A stretch of DNA of 59,394 bases from an uncultured virus (IMG/VR IMGVR_UViG_2061766007_000883) (taxonomy: Duplodnaviria > Heunggongvirae > Uroviricota > Caudoviricetes). A model generated the notes under the pieces. That model was not told the DNA's origin and did not search any database. It saw only the letters and a list, made by a program, of their open reading frames with translations. Of this stretch, positions 18,987 to 28,046 are shown one piece after another (within the stretch, counting starts at the first letter, position 1; each line of letters starts with the position of its first letter). The translations under genes and the position numbers were made by a program. The stretch lies in IMG/VR virus record IMGVR_UViG_2061766007_000883, one strand, 5' to 3'.

Positions 18987-19649
18987 NNNNNNNNNNGAAC
19001 GTGGCCAGCCCTGTCGTCAACGTGTTCGGCATATCCATCGGCGTGTATGCGCCAGGACTGTTCGAGTATCTTGCTGGACGCACGAATTACGCCATCGTTC
19101 TGCAACTGCGTGGCTACGCCGTGGCGGATGACGACGGGGCTCCTCAGCAGTCCATCGTGTTTGAGGCCGTGCTGTCCTGCAACGGCAACACGAAATGCCC
19201 TACGGACATACACCAGGTGCTGTTGGAGGAGCTGGCCTACACCGTCCAGCATGCGGATGCCGATGCCGCCAGGGCTGTCGCTGCGGCNNNNNNNNNNNNN
19301 NNNNNNNNNNNNNNNNNNNNNNNNNNNNNNNNNNNNNNNNNNNNNNNNNNNNNNNNNNNNNNNNNNNNNNNNNNNNNNNNNNNNNNNNNNNNNNNNNNNN
19401 NNNNNNNNNNNNNNNNNNNNNNNNNNNNNNNACCAGGTGCTGTCCTCGGCCGGCAACATTGCCTCAGAGGCGCGTGTGGCGGCCGAGGGCACGGATGAGC
19501 AGGTGTCGTCCGCAGGCATGGAGAAATCAGCCAAGGGCTGGTGGTCTGCGGCATCCAGCCAGTCGGACCTCGCGTCCGGCTACGCGTCCAGCGCGGCGCG
19601 TTCCACGTCGTCTGCGGCGGACATCCTGTCACGGGTCGAGTCAATCGCC
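18684..19649 (+). CDS. fibre/baseplate-anchored protein paralogous to the 28047 N-terminus (pieces 18684-18845 and 18997-19649; truncated by gap)
   Basis: EYGHHKDFTLECV..NPIDV, YLAG..IVLQLRGY and PTDIHQVLLEEL align with QYGVHTDYDFECV..NTPVDI, HVAG..CVLELKGF and PVDLSTALMQEL; Ala/Ser-rich coil follows. Confidence 0.6.
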
Positions 19650-19739
19650 NNNNNNNNNNNNNNNNNNNNNNNNNNNNNNAGGTTTTATTTTAGACATGCA
19701 CATGGTGTGCATGCCGTAAACAAACAAAAGGAGAAAATC

Positions 19740-20624
19740 ATGAAAAAGTTACTCTGCATCATGGCGCTTGCAATCGTGTCCTGCTTTATGCTGACCGGTT
19801 GCAATTCGCCCACCTTCGTCGACAAGGACTCCAACCTCATGCTCGGACAGAGCAAAAAGAGCATTGGCTACACGCTCGGCAAAGGCACGTACATGGCGTA
19901 CGCCTACAATGTGTCCGAAGGAAAGAACAAGGAAGCCACAGACAAGGCCGCCGAACTGTTCAAGTTGCTTAAGGAACAAGGTGCCGGTGCGGTCATCGAC
20001 GAAGATGCCGCTTCCGGTCTGAGCGCCGTCAACAGGCTGGCCATCGTCCTCTGCCGCGAGTCCGTCAAGGAGAAGTACGGCATCATGGGCGAAATGGCCG
20101 TTGACCTGGCCATGGAGCAGGCAGGCCATCTGTTTGAGCAGGCTGTGCTGAACCGTGCGGATATCAACATGGACGACGCGGACGACATCATCAACGGATT
20201 CATCCAAGGTGTCGAGGACACCGCAAAGGCGTTCCCTGTGGAAGCGCCAGTCGAGCTCACGGAAGAAGAAAAGATCGAGCAGGCCAAACGTGAGTTCTGC
20301 CCGGAAGGCAACTGTAAGATGGAAGGTCTTGAATCCAGTGACAAGTTGAAATTCCACGCGGAAGTCACCGACAAGCTCCTGCTGTTCGCCGTCCCCAACT
20401 ATCCGGAAGGCGCGGACACGTCCTACCAGAAGAACCTTCAGGAGCTCAAGGATCGCTTGGCTGGCATGAAGAAGGAAGGCTGGAAGACGACGCGTGTCCG
20501 CGTGTCGGCGTACGATATCCAGAACGACAAGCTGGTGTATCTGAAAATTGTCTACCTCAATCTGGACAACACGTTCATTGAAACGGACTGCGTGAACTGC
20601 GTCTGGGCAGACAAGGATTTCTAA
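19740..20624 (+). CDS. putative lipoprotein
   Basis: AAGGAG RBS; MKKLLCIMALAIVSCFMLTGC lipobox. Confidence 0.75.
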   Translation: MKKLLCIMALAIVSCFMLTGCNSPTFVDKDSNLMLGQSKKSIGYTLGKGTYMAYAYNVSEGKNKEATDKAAELFKLLKEQGAGAVIDEDAASGLSAVNRLAIVLCRESVKEKYGIMGEMAVDLAMEQAGHLFEQAVLNRADINMDDADDIINGFIQGVEDTAKAFPVEAPVELTEEEKIEQAKREFCPEGNCKMEGLESSDKLKFHAEVTDKLLLFAVPNYPEGADTSYQKNLQELKDRLAGMKKEGWKTTRVRVSAYDIQNDKLVYLKIVYLNLDNTFIETDCVNCVWADKDF

Positions 20625-20626
20625 TT

Positions 20627-20643
20627 TTATACTTCGAGTATAA
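20627..20643. promoter_or_regulatory. palindromic site TTATACT-TCG-AGTATAA
   Basis: Variant of the 1571/50159 palindrome, just after a stop codon, overlapping TATAAT. Confidence 0.6.
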
Positions 20644-20660
20644 TATCAGGAGCTTATCCA

Positions 20661-20933
20661 ATGGCCAAAGTTCAAATTGACAGATACGGGCTTCCGCTCA
20701 ACAAGAAGATTCGCCGCGACGCCGCCACGAGCTTCTACAACGTGTTCTACATCGTGGACAAGGCCACGGCTGACACGGAGTACATGTGCTTCGAGAACAC
20801 GGCCAAGCGTGTCATCTGGCGCAAGAAGACAGTCAGCGATGTCGAGACGCTGGAGTTCTCGTACGGCTCGTGGGACGACAGGGCGAACCTTACGTACGTG
20901 CCAATCTACGGAACGCTGGAAGTCGACGCCTAG
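20661..20933 (+). CDS. small hypothetical (possibly virion) protein
   Basis: AGGAG RBS; C-terminal WDDRANLTY motif. Confidence 0.7.
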   Translation: MAKVQIDRYGLPLNKKIRRDAATSFYNVFYIVDKATADTEYMCFENTAKRVIWRKKTVSDVETLEFSYGSWDDRANLTYVPIYGTLEVDA

Positions 20934-20938
20934 GCACA

Positions 20939-20966
20939 TTAAAAAGTGCCCATGCGCAGGCATAAT
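20939..20966 (+). promoter_or_regulatory. promoter TTAAAA-N16-CATAAT
   Basis: Matches 15575-15602. Confidence 0.6.
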
Positions 20967-20967
20967 A

Positions 20968-21305
20968 CAATGAGGCGGATAAAGCCTCATGAAACTCTCC
21001 TGTGACTTAAGGACACGTCAGCATTAATTCCGAATCTCGTGTCCTGTTTCCACGAGTGTTTCATACATCCCCTCCCTCCGCCATGGAGCGAGGGGATTGT
21101 ATTATATAAAGAACGTGGTGAAAGCCACGTTCTTCTTTTTCCTAGGGTCGCTTGCAGCAGACTGACTCCGTGATTGGTGGTTGGGCGACCCGTTTTGAAA
21201 TTACTGGCTTCCTATGGCAGGAAGTCAGTCGTGCATACTTCCCAAGGCGGTGTACTAACAGCTTTGTTTTTTTAGCTGTCACTTGCCTGTATCAAAGCAA
21301 CAGGA
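20968..21305 (+). ncRNA. hairpin-dense non-coding region, candidate ncRNA(s) upstream of a Ro-like gene
   Basis: About eight consecutive inverted repeats and no credible ORF; internal terminator at 21109-21140. Confidence 0.55.
21109..21140 (+). terminator. intrinsic terminator
   Basis: AAGAACGTGG-TGAAAG-CCACGTTCTT followed by CTTTTT. Confidence 0.75.
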
Positions 21306-21314
21306 GAAACCGAA

Positions 21315-22835
21315 ATGAGCAAGTTACTTAGCTCGATGAACCGTACTGCGCGTACCGACAACGGTGCTGTGCAGTACAACACCACCAAATCGGCGTGCTT
21401 GGATTTCTTCCAGCAAGCCGGCGCTCTTCGTGTATCAAGCTCCAACGGGGCGTCGTCCATTACGCGGCTGTGGGTCATGGCGTTCAACCAGGACCGTGAG
21501 ACAGCGTTGCGCGTCCTTCAATGGGCGTACGATTGTCGCGGCGGAGCCGGGAGCCGCGATGTGATGCGAGTCATCCTGCCGCGTCTTGTCAACAACATGG
21601 ATGGATTCAGCAATGCCGAACAGCTGAAACAGCTGCTGGTGGCGATTCCTGAACTTGGTCGTTGGGACATGGTCTCTGACCTGCTTGAATATGACGACCT
21701 CCCCAAGCATGTGCGTGAGTTTGTATTCCGGCTCATCAAGGCAGGGCTTGAGGACGAGAAGTCTGCTCCTCTGGTGGCGAAATGGCTTCCCCGCACAGGC
21801 AAGGTGGCGGCTCGTCTGAAAGGCTGGATGAAGCTCGATGCCAAGAGCTACAGAAAGATGCTGTCTCATTATGAGACAACCGAGACCCTGATGTCTGCGC
21901 AATTGTGGGACAAAATCAAATATCAGAGCGTTCCCTCGGTCTGCATGGCTCGTTCACGCAAGTCGTTCGCCAAGCATGACAAGGCTCGGTTCGAGGAGTT
22001 CATCAAGGAAGTGGCCAAGGGACATGTGAAGATGAACGCCAAGGCTGTGTTGCCCTATGACATCCTCCGTAATCATGCAGGCATGGAAGGCGCCGTGCAG
22101 GCTCAATGGGACTCCATGCCCAATTGGATGGAAGGCTACAAGGGCAACATCCTGCCTCTTGTGGACGTGTCAGGGTCCATGGAGCATGTCGTCAGCCCGG
22201 GTATCAGCGCCATGACTGTTGCCATTTCGCTTGGTATTTATGTCGCCCAGCACAACACGGGCGGCTTCAAAAATGAAGTGTGCGTCTTCTCCGGAAAGCC
22301 TGCCATGCTTAAGTTGCACGGCAATGTGTTGCAGGACGCCGCACGCATGCGGCATGTAACGGACAACTGCAACACGAATATCGGCCTGTGCATCAAGACC
22401 ATTCTGGCGCAGGCCAAGGAAGCCAACCTTGCCGAGGAAGACATGCCGACGGCGCTACTGGTGTTCAGCGACATGCAGTTTGACTACATGTCATCCTACT
22501 ACAGCGGCTTCAAGAACGGAGCCACCTGCATGGAGAAGATACGCGAGCTGTATTCGGCGGCGGGCTACAAGCTGCCTACGGTCATCTACTGGAATTTGAA
22601 ATCCGACAATGCGAACGGCGTACCGTCCACGGCGGATGACAAGAACGTCGTCCTGATTGGCGGTTTTTCTGCGGCCATCGCTAAGGCGTTGCTGTCCGGA
22701 GGCGATCCGACCAAGGCAGTCGATCCTGTGGAGACCATGCTGAGGACGGTTTATGACGACCGTTATGACCTCAGCCAGTACAATACCAATCTTGAAGTCA
22801 AGGAGGCCGGAAATGTTCAGCAGCAGCAAGGATAA
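21315..22835 (+). CDS. DUF2828-family TROVE/Ro60-like protein with C-terminal vWA domain
   Basis: TDNGA..Y....CLDFF; DCRGGAG.R; GRWD; AKWLPR; KYQSVPS; MIDAS DVSGSM; FSDMQFD; VIYWNL. Confidence 0.85.
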   Translation: MSKLLSSMNRTARTDNGAVQYNTTKSACLDFFQQAGALRVSSSNGASSITRLWVMAFNQDRETALRVLQWAYDCRGGAGSRDVMRVILPRLVNNMDGFSNAEQLKQLLVAIPELGRWDMVSDLLEYDDLPKHVREFVFRLIKAGLEDEKSAPLVAKWLPRTGKVAARLKGWMKLDAKSYRKMLSHYETTETLMSAQLWDKIKYQSVPSVCMARSRKSFAKHDKARFEEFIKEVAKGHVKMNAKAVLPYDILRNHAGMEGAVQAQWDSMPNWMEGYKGNILPLVDVSGSMEHVVSPGISAMTVAISLGIYVAQHNTGGFKNEVCVFSGKPAMLKLHGNVLQDAARMRHVTDNCNTNIGLCIKTILAQAKEANLAEEDMPTALLVFSDMQFDYMSSYYSGFKNGATCMEKIRELYSAAGYKLPTVIYWNLKSDNANGVPSTADDKNVVLIGGFSAAIAKALLSGGDPTKAVDPVETMLRTVYDDRYDLSQYNTNLEVKEAGNVQQQQG

Positions 22836-23382
22836 AAAGAAGGAGTTTCCTGCCGTGGCGCAGGATATTCTCGACAAGATAAAGTGCCAAGCGTGTGAGC
22901 AGCACCATAATATGCATACGGCGCTGTTCAACAAGGACGTCATGGTATGCCTGCAGGAGCCTTCCGCATGGCTGGCGCAGCAGTACAGGAACAGTGCAAC
23001 GCTTCGCACAATTCTTGTCGGTACCCGTCCAGATACGAATGGCCAGCTTGTGTGTCCTGAGTATACGACGTTGTTGTCTGAGTTGGAAGACCAGTACGAA
23101 GACGTCAGACAACAGTTGAATTCCAACAGGGACGCGGCGGAATGTGCTTTGGATAACGAGCTCCAGATGCTGTGCATGCGGTTGGAGCAACGGACGCGTG
23201 AGATGCTCTGCAACGAGGAAATCACAGACGGCGAGCTGATGAAAGGTTTGCTGGATGAACTCGCCAAGGAGAATTGGACGGCTATTCCGGTTGTTGAAAC
23301 ATACTTGAATCTGAAAGCGGTCGCAAGAGGAGCGCTCATCGAGAAGTACAAGGCGGTGTTATCGTCCTTGGAGACAAATTAA
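22813..23382 (+). CDS. hypothetical helical protein
   Basis: AAGGAGG RBS before ATG 22813. Confidence 0.7.
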   Translation: MFSSSKDKKKEFPAVAQDILDKIKCQACEQHHNMHTALFNKDVMVCLQEPSAWLAQQYRNSATLRTILVGTRPDTNGQLVCPEYTTLLSELEDQYEDVRQQLNSNRDAAECALDNELQMLCMRLEQRTREMLCNEEITDGELMKGLLDELAKENWTAIPVVETYLNLKAVARGALIEKYKAVLSSLETN

Positions 23383-23397
23383 AGACAACCAGTGATC

Positions 23398-23430
23398 GGG
23401 CGTGGCTGCGCGTGCGGCCACGCCCTTTTT
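23398..23430 (+). terminator. intrinsic terminator
   Basis: GGGCGTGGCTGC-GCGT-GCGGCCACGCCC followed by TTTTT. Confidence 0.8.
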
Positions 23431-23454
23431 CGTATCAACCACCAGGAGATTAAA

Positions 23455-24459
23455 ATGTCACAGGAAAAAGCACAACTCAATCTTAGCCCGGAAGGCCAGG
23501 AATTCATGAGCCGTTTCGACGCGGTTCAACTGTTCACGCGCTGCAGCAACACGCATTTGCTGCATATGCAGCTAAGCAACGATGGCGGCACCGTACATTT
23601 CGACATGCTGTTGAATGCCTTCGATGTCTTTTCAATAATCGTCAACGGCGCATTCGTGCCCGTGATTCATGTCAGAATCAGTCTGTCCATGGATATGATG
23701 ACATTCGACACATGGAACTATGCTCCTGAGAAAGTCGTGCCTGAGGAGTGCCGCAACGAACGTCTGGACATCGTCTACTACGACAAGATGACACACGCCA
23801 CGGAAATGCAGACGCTGTACAGCATCAAGGTGCCGGAGGACAGGAAATTTGACGTCATGTACATACTTTCCTGGCTGAATGACAATTCAGACATCGGGTA
23901 CTTGAAGTGGAACAGCGGCCAGCCTGTGCATCGTCTTGAGATACCGACGTTCGCGTGCAAGAACATGAAGTCGTTTGCCGACATGTTCAACGGTATCAAC
24001 AAGTCCGTGGCAGGTGGCCAGGCCATCATAGGAAGCATGCTTTATACGGATATTGTCAACCCTCTGTACGATGTTCCAAAGGAATTGGAGCGGATGTACC
24101 GCAACACGACGGACACGATTGCGGAGCGTGCCATCGCGTGCCCGTGCCTGTCCGAGGAGCATCGCAAGCTGTTCCAGGACCGTATCGACAACCCGCGTAC
24201 GTTGTCCGATGACAAGGAGCTGGAGGAGGCGGTGACGGCCGCCATGCAGCATTGGCAGAAGGTGCGCCTGTCGCGGGACACCCTGCCGCAGGATTTCGAC
24301 GCCAAGACGCTGCTTGCCGCAGTCAAGCGCATGAACGAAGGATTGGATGGCAGCGACAGCAACACCGAGGAGTCCGAGGTGAAAGCCATCCGTCAGCAGG
24401 TCGCCGTCCAGCAGGCGGCAGAAGCGCATACGTACATGTTTGTTGTAAAAGGAGAATGA
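23455..24459 (+). CDS. hypothetical protein, YbjN-like paralogue 1
   Basis: AGGAG RBS; YSIKVPEDRKFDVMYILSWLN segment shared with the next two genes. Confidence 0.7.
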   Translation: MSQEKAQLNLSPEGQEFMSRFDAVQLFTRCSNTHLLHMQLSNDGGTVHFDMLLNAFDVFSIIVNGAFVPVIHVRISLSMDMMTFDTWNYAPEKVVPEECRNERLDIVYYDKMTHATEMQTLYSIKVPEDRKFDVMYILSWLNDNSDIGYLKWNSGQPVHRLEIPTFACKNMKSFADMFNGINKSVAGGQAIIGSMLYTDIVNPLYDVPKELERMYRNTTDTIAERAIACPCLSEEHRKLFQDRIDNPRTLSDDKELEEAVTAAMQHWQKVRLSRDTLPQDFDAKTLLAAVKRMNEGLDGSDSNTEESEVKAIRQQVAVQQAAEAHTYMFVVKGE

Positions 24460-25502
24460 AGATGCACGAGAATACCGATAAGAAGACAAAGGATGATTTC
24501 GGTGAGATGTTTGCCGCCGCCATGCAGAAAGGGCTGGACAAATTGAGGATTGTAGGCTTCATGACGGCCGCTGTGAAAGCCGCCATGCTCCAATACAGGA
24601 CTCTTCTTGTCAGGGAGTCCTACAAGAGCCTTGAGGAGTGGGAGGCTCATGGGATTATGAATCTGCATCAAACATACCCGATCACGCTGAACGGCGTCGC
24701 CTGCCCGTTGGCGGCCGTCGAGGTCACGGTCACGAAAACCTACGTGAACATGGAGCTGGCTCCGTTGCTCTATGAGGAAAATGTCCCGGACGCAGTGCGT
24801 GGCGCAGGCATGCGGATGGCGTACGTCGATGTCCAGTCGGGCGAAGTCAGCATGTGCGATGTCTGCAAGCTGAAAGTCCCGGAAGACCGTATGGCCGACA
24901 TCGAGCATGGGATGCGTGTGCTGAACGCGCATTCCATCGGTATCCAGATAAAAATGTATGGAGGCGACGACTTGGTTATATCCGTGTGCATGCCACGAGG
25001 AGCCATTGACCAGGATACTCCAGTCAACGCGGTGTCCGACCTGTACGCGCTCATGATATCGGGTTCCGCAGGCGGCTCCCGCATCATCTATGAGCAGTTG
25101 CTCGGCGGAGGTGATTTCGACAAGCGTGTCCGTCAGTTTGCGGACAAGCAGGCAGCGCGTGACACGCTTATGCTGAACAATGCCAGAATACCCGTTCTCG
25201 GCATGAAGTTCATCCCCGACTCCGTCCGCGAAGCCCTGGCGGCGCTGCCGCTGGATATGGCATACGAGGAAAAGCAGAACGAGTTGATAAGGCGGGCGCT
25301 GGACTATAGCAAAGGTGTCCGCATGTACGGGCAGCCAGTCCATTTCCCGCTGGATGCGCAGAAGATTGCGGAAATCATCAAGACGGCGAAGACGGGCGAG
25401 GACTGGGCCATGAAGAACATGCCGGACGACAATCCGTTCACGAAAGTGTATAGCAAGGACGCAGAGAAGATGCACACGCTGATGTGCCTCGCAGGCCACT
25501 AG
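24456..25502 (+). CDS. hypothetical protein, YbjN-like paralogue 2
   Basis: CKLKVPEDRMADIEHGMRVLN; ELAPLL...VPDAVR; alternative start at 24462. Confidence 0.7.
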   Translation: MKMHENTDKKTKDDFGEMFAAAMQKGLDKLRIVGFMTAAVKAAMLQYRTLLVRESYKSLEEWEAHGIMNLHQTYPITLNGVACPLAAVEVTVTKTYVNMELAPLLYEENVPDAVRGAGMRMAYVDVQSGEVSMCDVCKLKVPEDRMADIEHGMRVLNAHSIGIQIKMYGGDDLVISVCMPRGAIDQDTPVNAVSDLYALMISGSAGGSRIIYEQLLGGGDFDKRVRQFADKQAARDTLMLNNARIPVLGMKFIPDSVREALAALPLDMAYEEKQNELIRRALDYSKGVRMYGQPVHFPLDAQKIAEIIKTAKTGEDWAMKNMPDDNPFTKVYSKDAEKMHTLMCLAGH

Positions 25503-25510
25503 GAGGAAAT

Positions 25511-26545
25511 ATGGAAGACAATCTGAAAAGGAACATCAAACTTGTCAAGAAATACATAGAACAATTCGGCGCCAGCCAGTTGTACGAGCCCCGCTGGAAC
25601 GAGTCCCACGACATGCTTACGATGATGTATGTCTCCGAGACCACGGGATACATCCCGGTGCTCGTCGGCGAGCATTACGTCCCGCTGTTGCAGCTGGAGT
25701 TCACGGCTGTGGACGACGGTATATCCGCCGAGCTGTCGCCGTTGCTTCCGTCGTCCGTTGTTCCTGAGGGTGTGCGCGCCATGCCCCATCTGGCGATGGC
25801 CCTCATCAACAAGAAGGACCCGAAGTTCGAGCCTGTCAGCATGTGCCGCATCGCTGTACCTGTCGAGTGCGTGCCGAAAGTCGAGCACGCCATCAACTAT
25901 GTAAACAGCCGCACCATCAAATGCGTTATGCGTATGTACAAGCGCACGGACGTGACGTGCGGCTTCTACATGCTGACGGAAAACCTCAAGGATGAAGACG
26001 TGATGGCCAACATGAGCGGTTTCATCGAAAGCTGTCTGGACAACATGTATGCCTATCTTGGCCCGATGCTGGACAAGATTCTGCGTGGCGACTTCGGCGG
26101 CAACTGGGATGCGGACGTGTTCGACGCCCAGGGCGACGAGCCTATCGCCCGGCGGGTGCTCAAGCGCATGATTAAGAATCCAACGCTGCATGCGTCGGTG
26201 CTCCAGCATATGAAGTATCTGCTGGAGGATTCCACAATGTCTGCGGAGGACTTCGACAACGAGGTAGGTGAACTCGTTTCGACCATCATCGCCATTGAGC
26301 GCAAGAAGCGGCGTGGCCACGTGCTTGACGGTAATGTGTCGCATGACATGGCGGATGCCGACCGGTTGCTGGCCAAGGCCGTCGAGCAGCTGAACAAGGA
26401 TGATGACGACGAGTCGCCCAAGGACCGTGCCGAAGGCAAGGATGCGGCGGACACTGCCGACACGACGACAATGGATGCCAGCACAAGCATCCGGATGACC
26501 GTAGAAGGAGACGCAGATGAGAGTGACATTGGAAAATCTAATTAA
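25511..26545 (+). CDS. hypothetical protein, YbjN-like paralogue 3
   Basis: AGGAGG RBS; CRIAVPVECVPKVEHAINYVN; ELSPLL...VPEGVR. Confidence 0.7.
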   Translation: MEDNLKRNIKLVKKYIEQFGASQLYEPRWNESHDMLTMMYVSETTGYIPVLVGEHYVPLLQLEFTAVDDGISAELSPLLPSSVVPEGVRAMPHLAMALINKKDPKFEPVSMCRIAVPVECVPKVEHAINYVNSRTIKCVMRMYKRTDVTCGFYMLTENLKDEDVMANMSGFIESCLDNMYAYLGPMLDKILRGDFGGNWDADVFDAQGDEPIARRVLKRMIKNPTLHASVLQHMKYLLEDSTMSAEDFDNEVGELVSTIIAIERKKRRGHVLDGNVSHDMADADRLLAKAVEQLNKDDDDESPKDRAEGKDAADTADTTTMDASTSIRMTVEGDADESDIGKSN

Positions 26546-27208
26546 GTGTCTTAAACGGATGGATATGTATTACGTGGCGTCCGATACCTTCGTCACGATT
26601 CCGCTGCGTATCAAGCACATGAACTCGGTTGACAAGCTGGAGTACGTGTCGCATATCAGTGTCGTGTTGAAGCCTATCTCGACAGGTCTTTGGATGTGGG
26701 TGACGGCCATGGGGTACGACAAGGAAGGGCACGGGAAGCTGTACGTGGCCCACGACTCCGCGTTGGTCAGGGCGCTTGGCGTGCTGGCCGATATGGCGAA
26801 CAGCGACAGCCCGCGCTACAAGATACGTCTGGTGGACGCCAGCCAGATGCATGAGGAGGACCAGCCCGGAAGCATGCTGCCTGAGACCGATGTCAAAATC
26901 GGAATGAAGGCTGAATTGCAGGAGGGCGAGTTCGTGAAGCTCCTCGCGGCGACGTTCGAGGCCGTGGGTTCGTTGTGGTCATGTTTCGACGACAAGGTCG
27001 AGCGGCTGCTAAACGGCAACATGGCGGACATTGAAAGCGTCATGTCCAAGACCGATGTGGCCGCCGTNNNNNNNNNNNNNNNNNNNNTCCGGACGAGATT
27101 CTCAAGTTGCGTGATCCGGACTATAAACGGAAAGAAGCACCTGTCCAGTCCGACGGCACAAGCGCTGACCCAGACGTGGAAGTCACCATCAGAGTAAGCC
27201 AGCAGTAG
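26517..27208 (+). CDS. hypothetical protein, possibly a distant member of the same family (N gap inside)
   Basis: AAGGAG RBS; the frame after the gap ends at TAG 27206-27208. Confidence 0.6.
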
Positions 27209-27249
27209 GGGAGCGGAGGGGCCTNNNNNNNNNNNNNNNNNNNNNNNNN

Positions 27250-27942
27250 NTACTCGCCACCTGTGATCCAGTCGGCATACGGCAAGGTTTCAATCCATTT
27301 GCAGAATGCGCGGAACTCGTCCAGCACGTGGTATTTGCGTTGCATGTGGATTGTCTTGAGCTGGCGATAGTTGGTGGTGAGACGGATGGTGACGACGAAT
27401 CCTTCAGGCAGGTTCTTCTTGATGGCTTTCAGCTTGTCCTGCGCCGTCATTTCATATTCGGGAGTGGCAAGGATTCGCTTGGCTTCGTCGTAGAACACGG
27501 ATATGCATTTCATGGACGTGCCTTTGGTGAACGCGTCCCATATCGGCAAAGGCTGGTCGGTGCCTTCCAGCTCCATGGATTTCTTGAGGATGGATACAAG
27601 AGAGTGGTTCGTAGAGGTGGACGTGACAGGTTCAAGGAAGTGGTATCGTGCGATGTCCTGCCAGAGATAGCGAGGGCAGGTCAGGTTGAACTGGACGACG
27701 ACACCCGCCAGCGAGCAGTGGTGGCCTTCGCCGGGTTTGTAGCTCGACAGTTCGTACATGCGTGCCATGCGCTTCCTTGCCGCTTCCGTCTGCTGTTCGC
27801 CTTTCAGGTCATCCACCAGTGCGTCATATTCATCCGGCTTGTAGGCTTTCAGGTAGGAGAATCCTGCCGCCGCCACGCTTTCCTCAAGTCCGTATACTTC
27901 GACGTGCGTCACCAGCCCGTCCGCTGTTCCTGCTGCTTTCAT
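27250..27942 (-). CDS. ThyX-like (flavin-dependent thymidylate synthase fold) protein
   Basis: GHHCSL..VVVQFNLTCPRYLWQDIARYHF....STS; LPEGF...TTNYRQL....QR; canonical RHR motif absent. Confidence 0.6.
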
Positions 27943-27990
27943 GTTGGCTCCTTTGGTTTGTTGGTTGTCAGGCGTTTGCCTCCACTCCCT

Positions 27991-27999
27991 ATTTTACCA
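27991..27999 (-). promoter_or_regulatory. extended -10 promoter for the ThyX-like gene
   Basis: Minus strand TGGTAAAAT about 50 nt upstream of the ATG. Confidence 0.45.
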
Positions 28000-28046
28000 T
28001 GCGGATTATGTGAACAACCCAAAACCAATACTACTCAGGAGCCTTT

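Noticed and set aside
20968..21305. tRNA, tmRNA or hammerhead ribozyme
   Set aside because: No T-loop GTTCRA cloverleaf and no CTGANGA/GAAA core in the right geometry.
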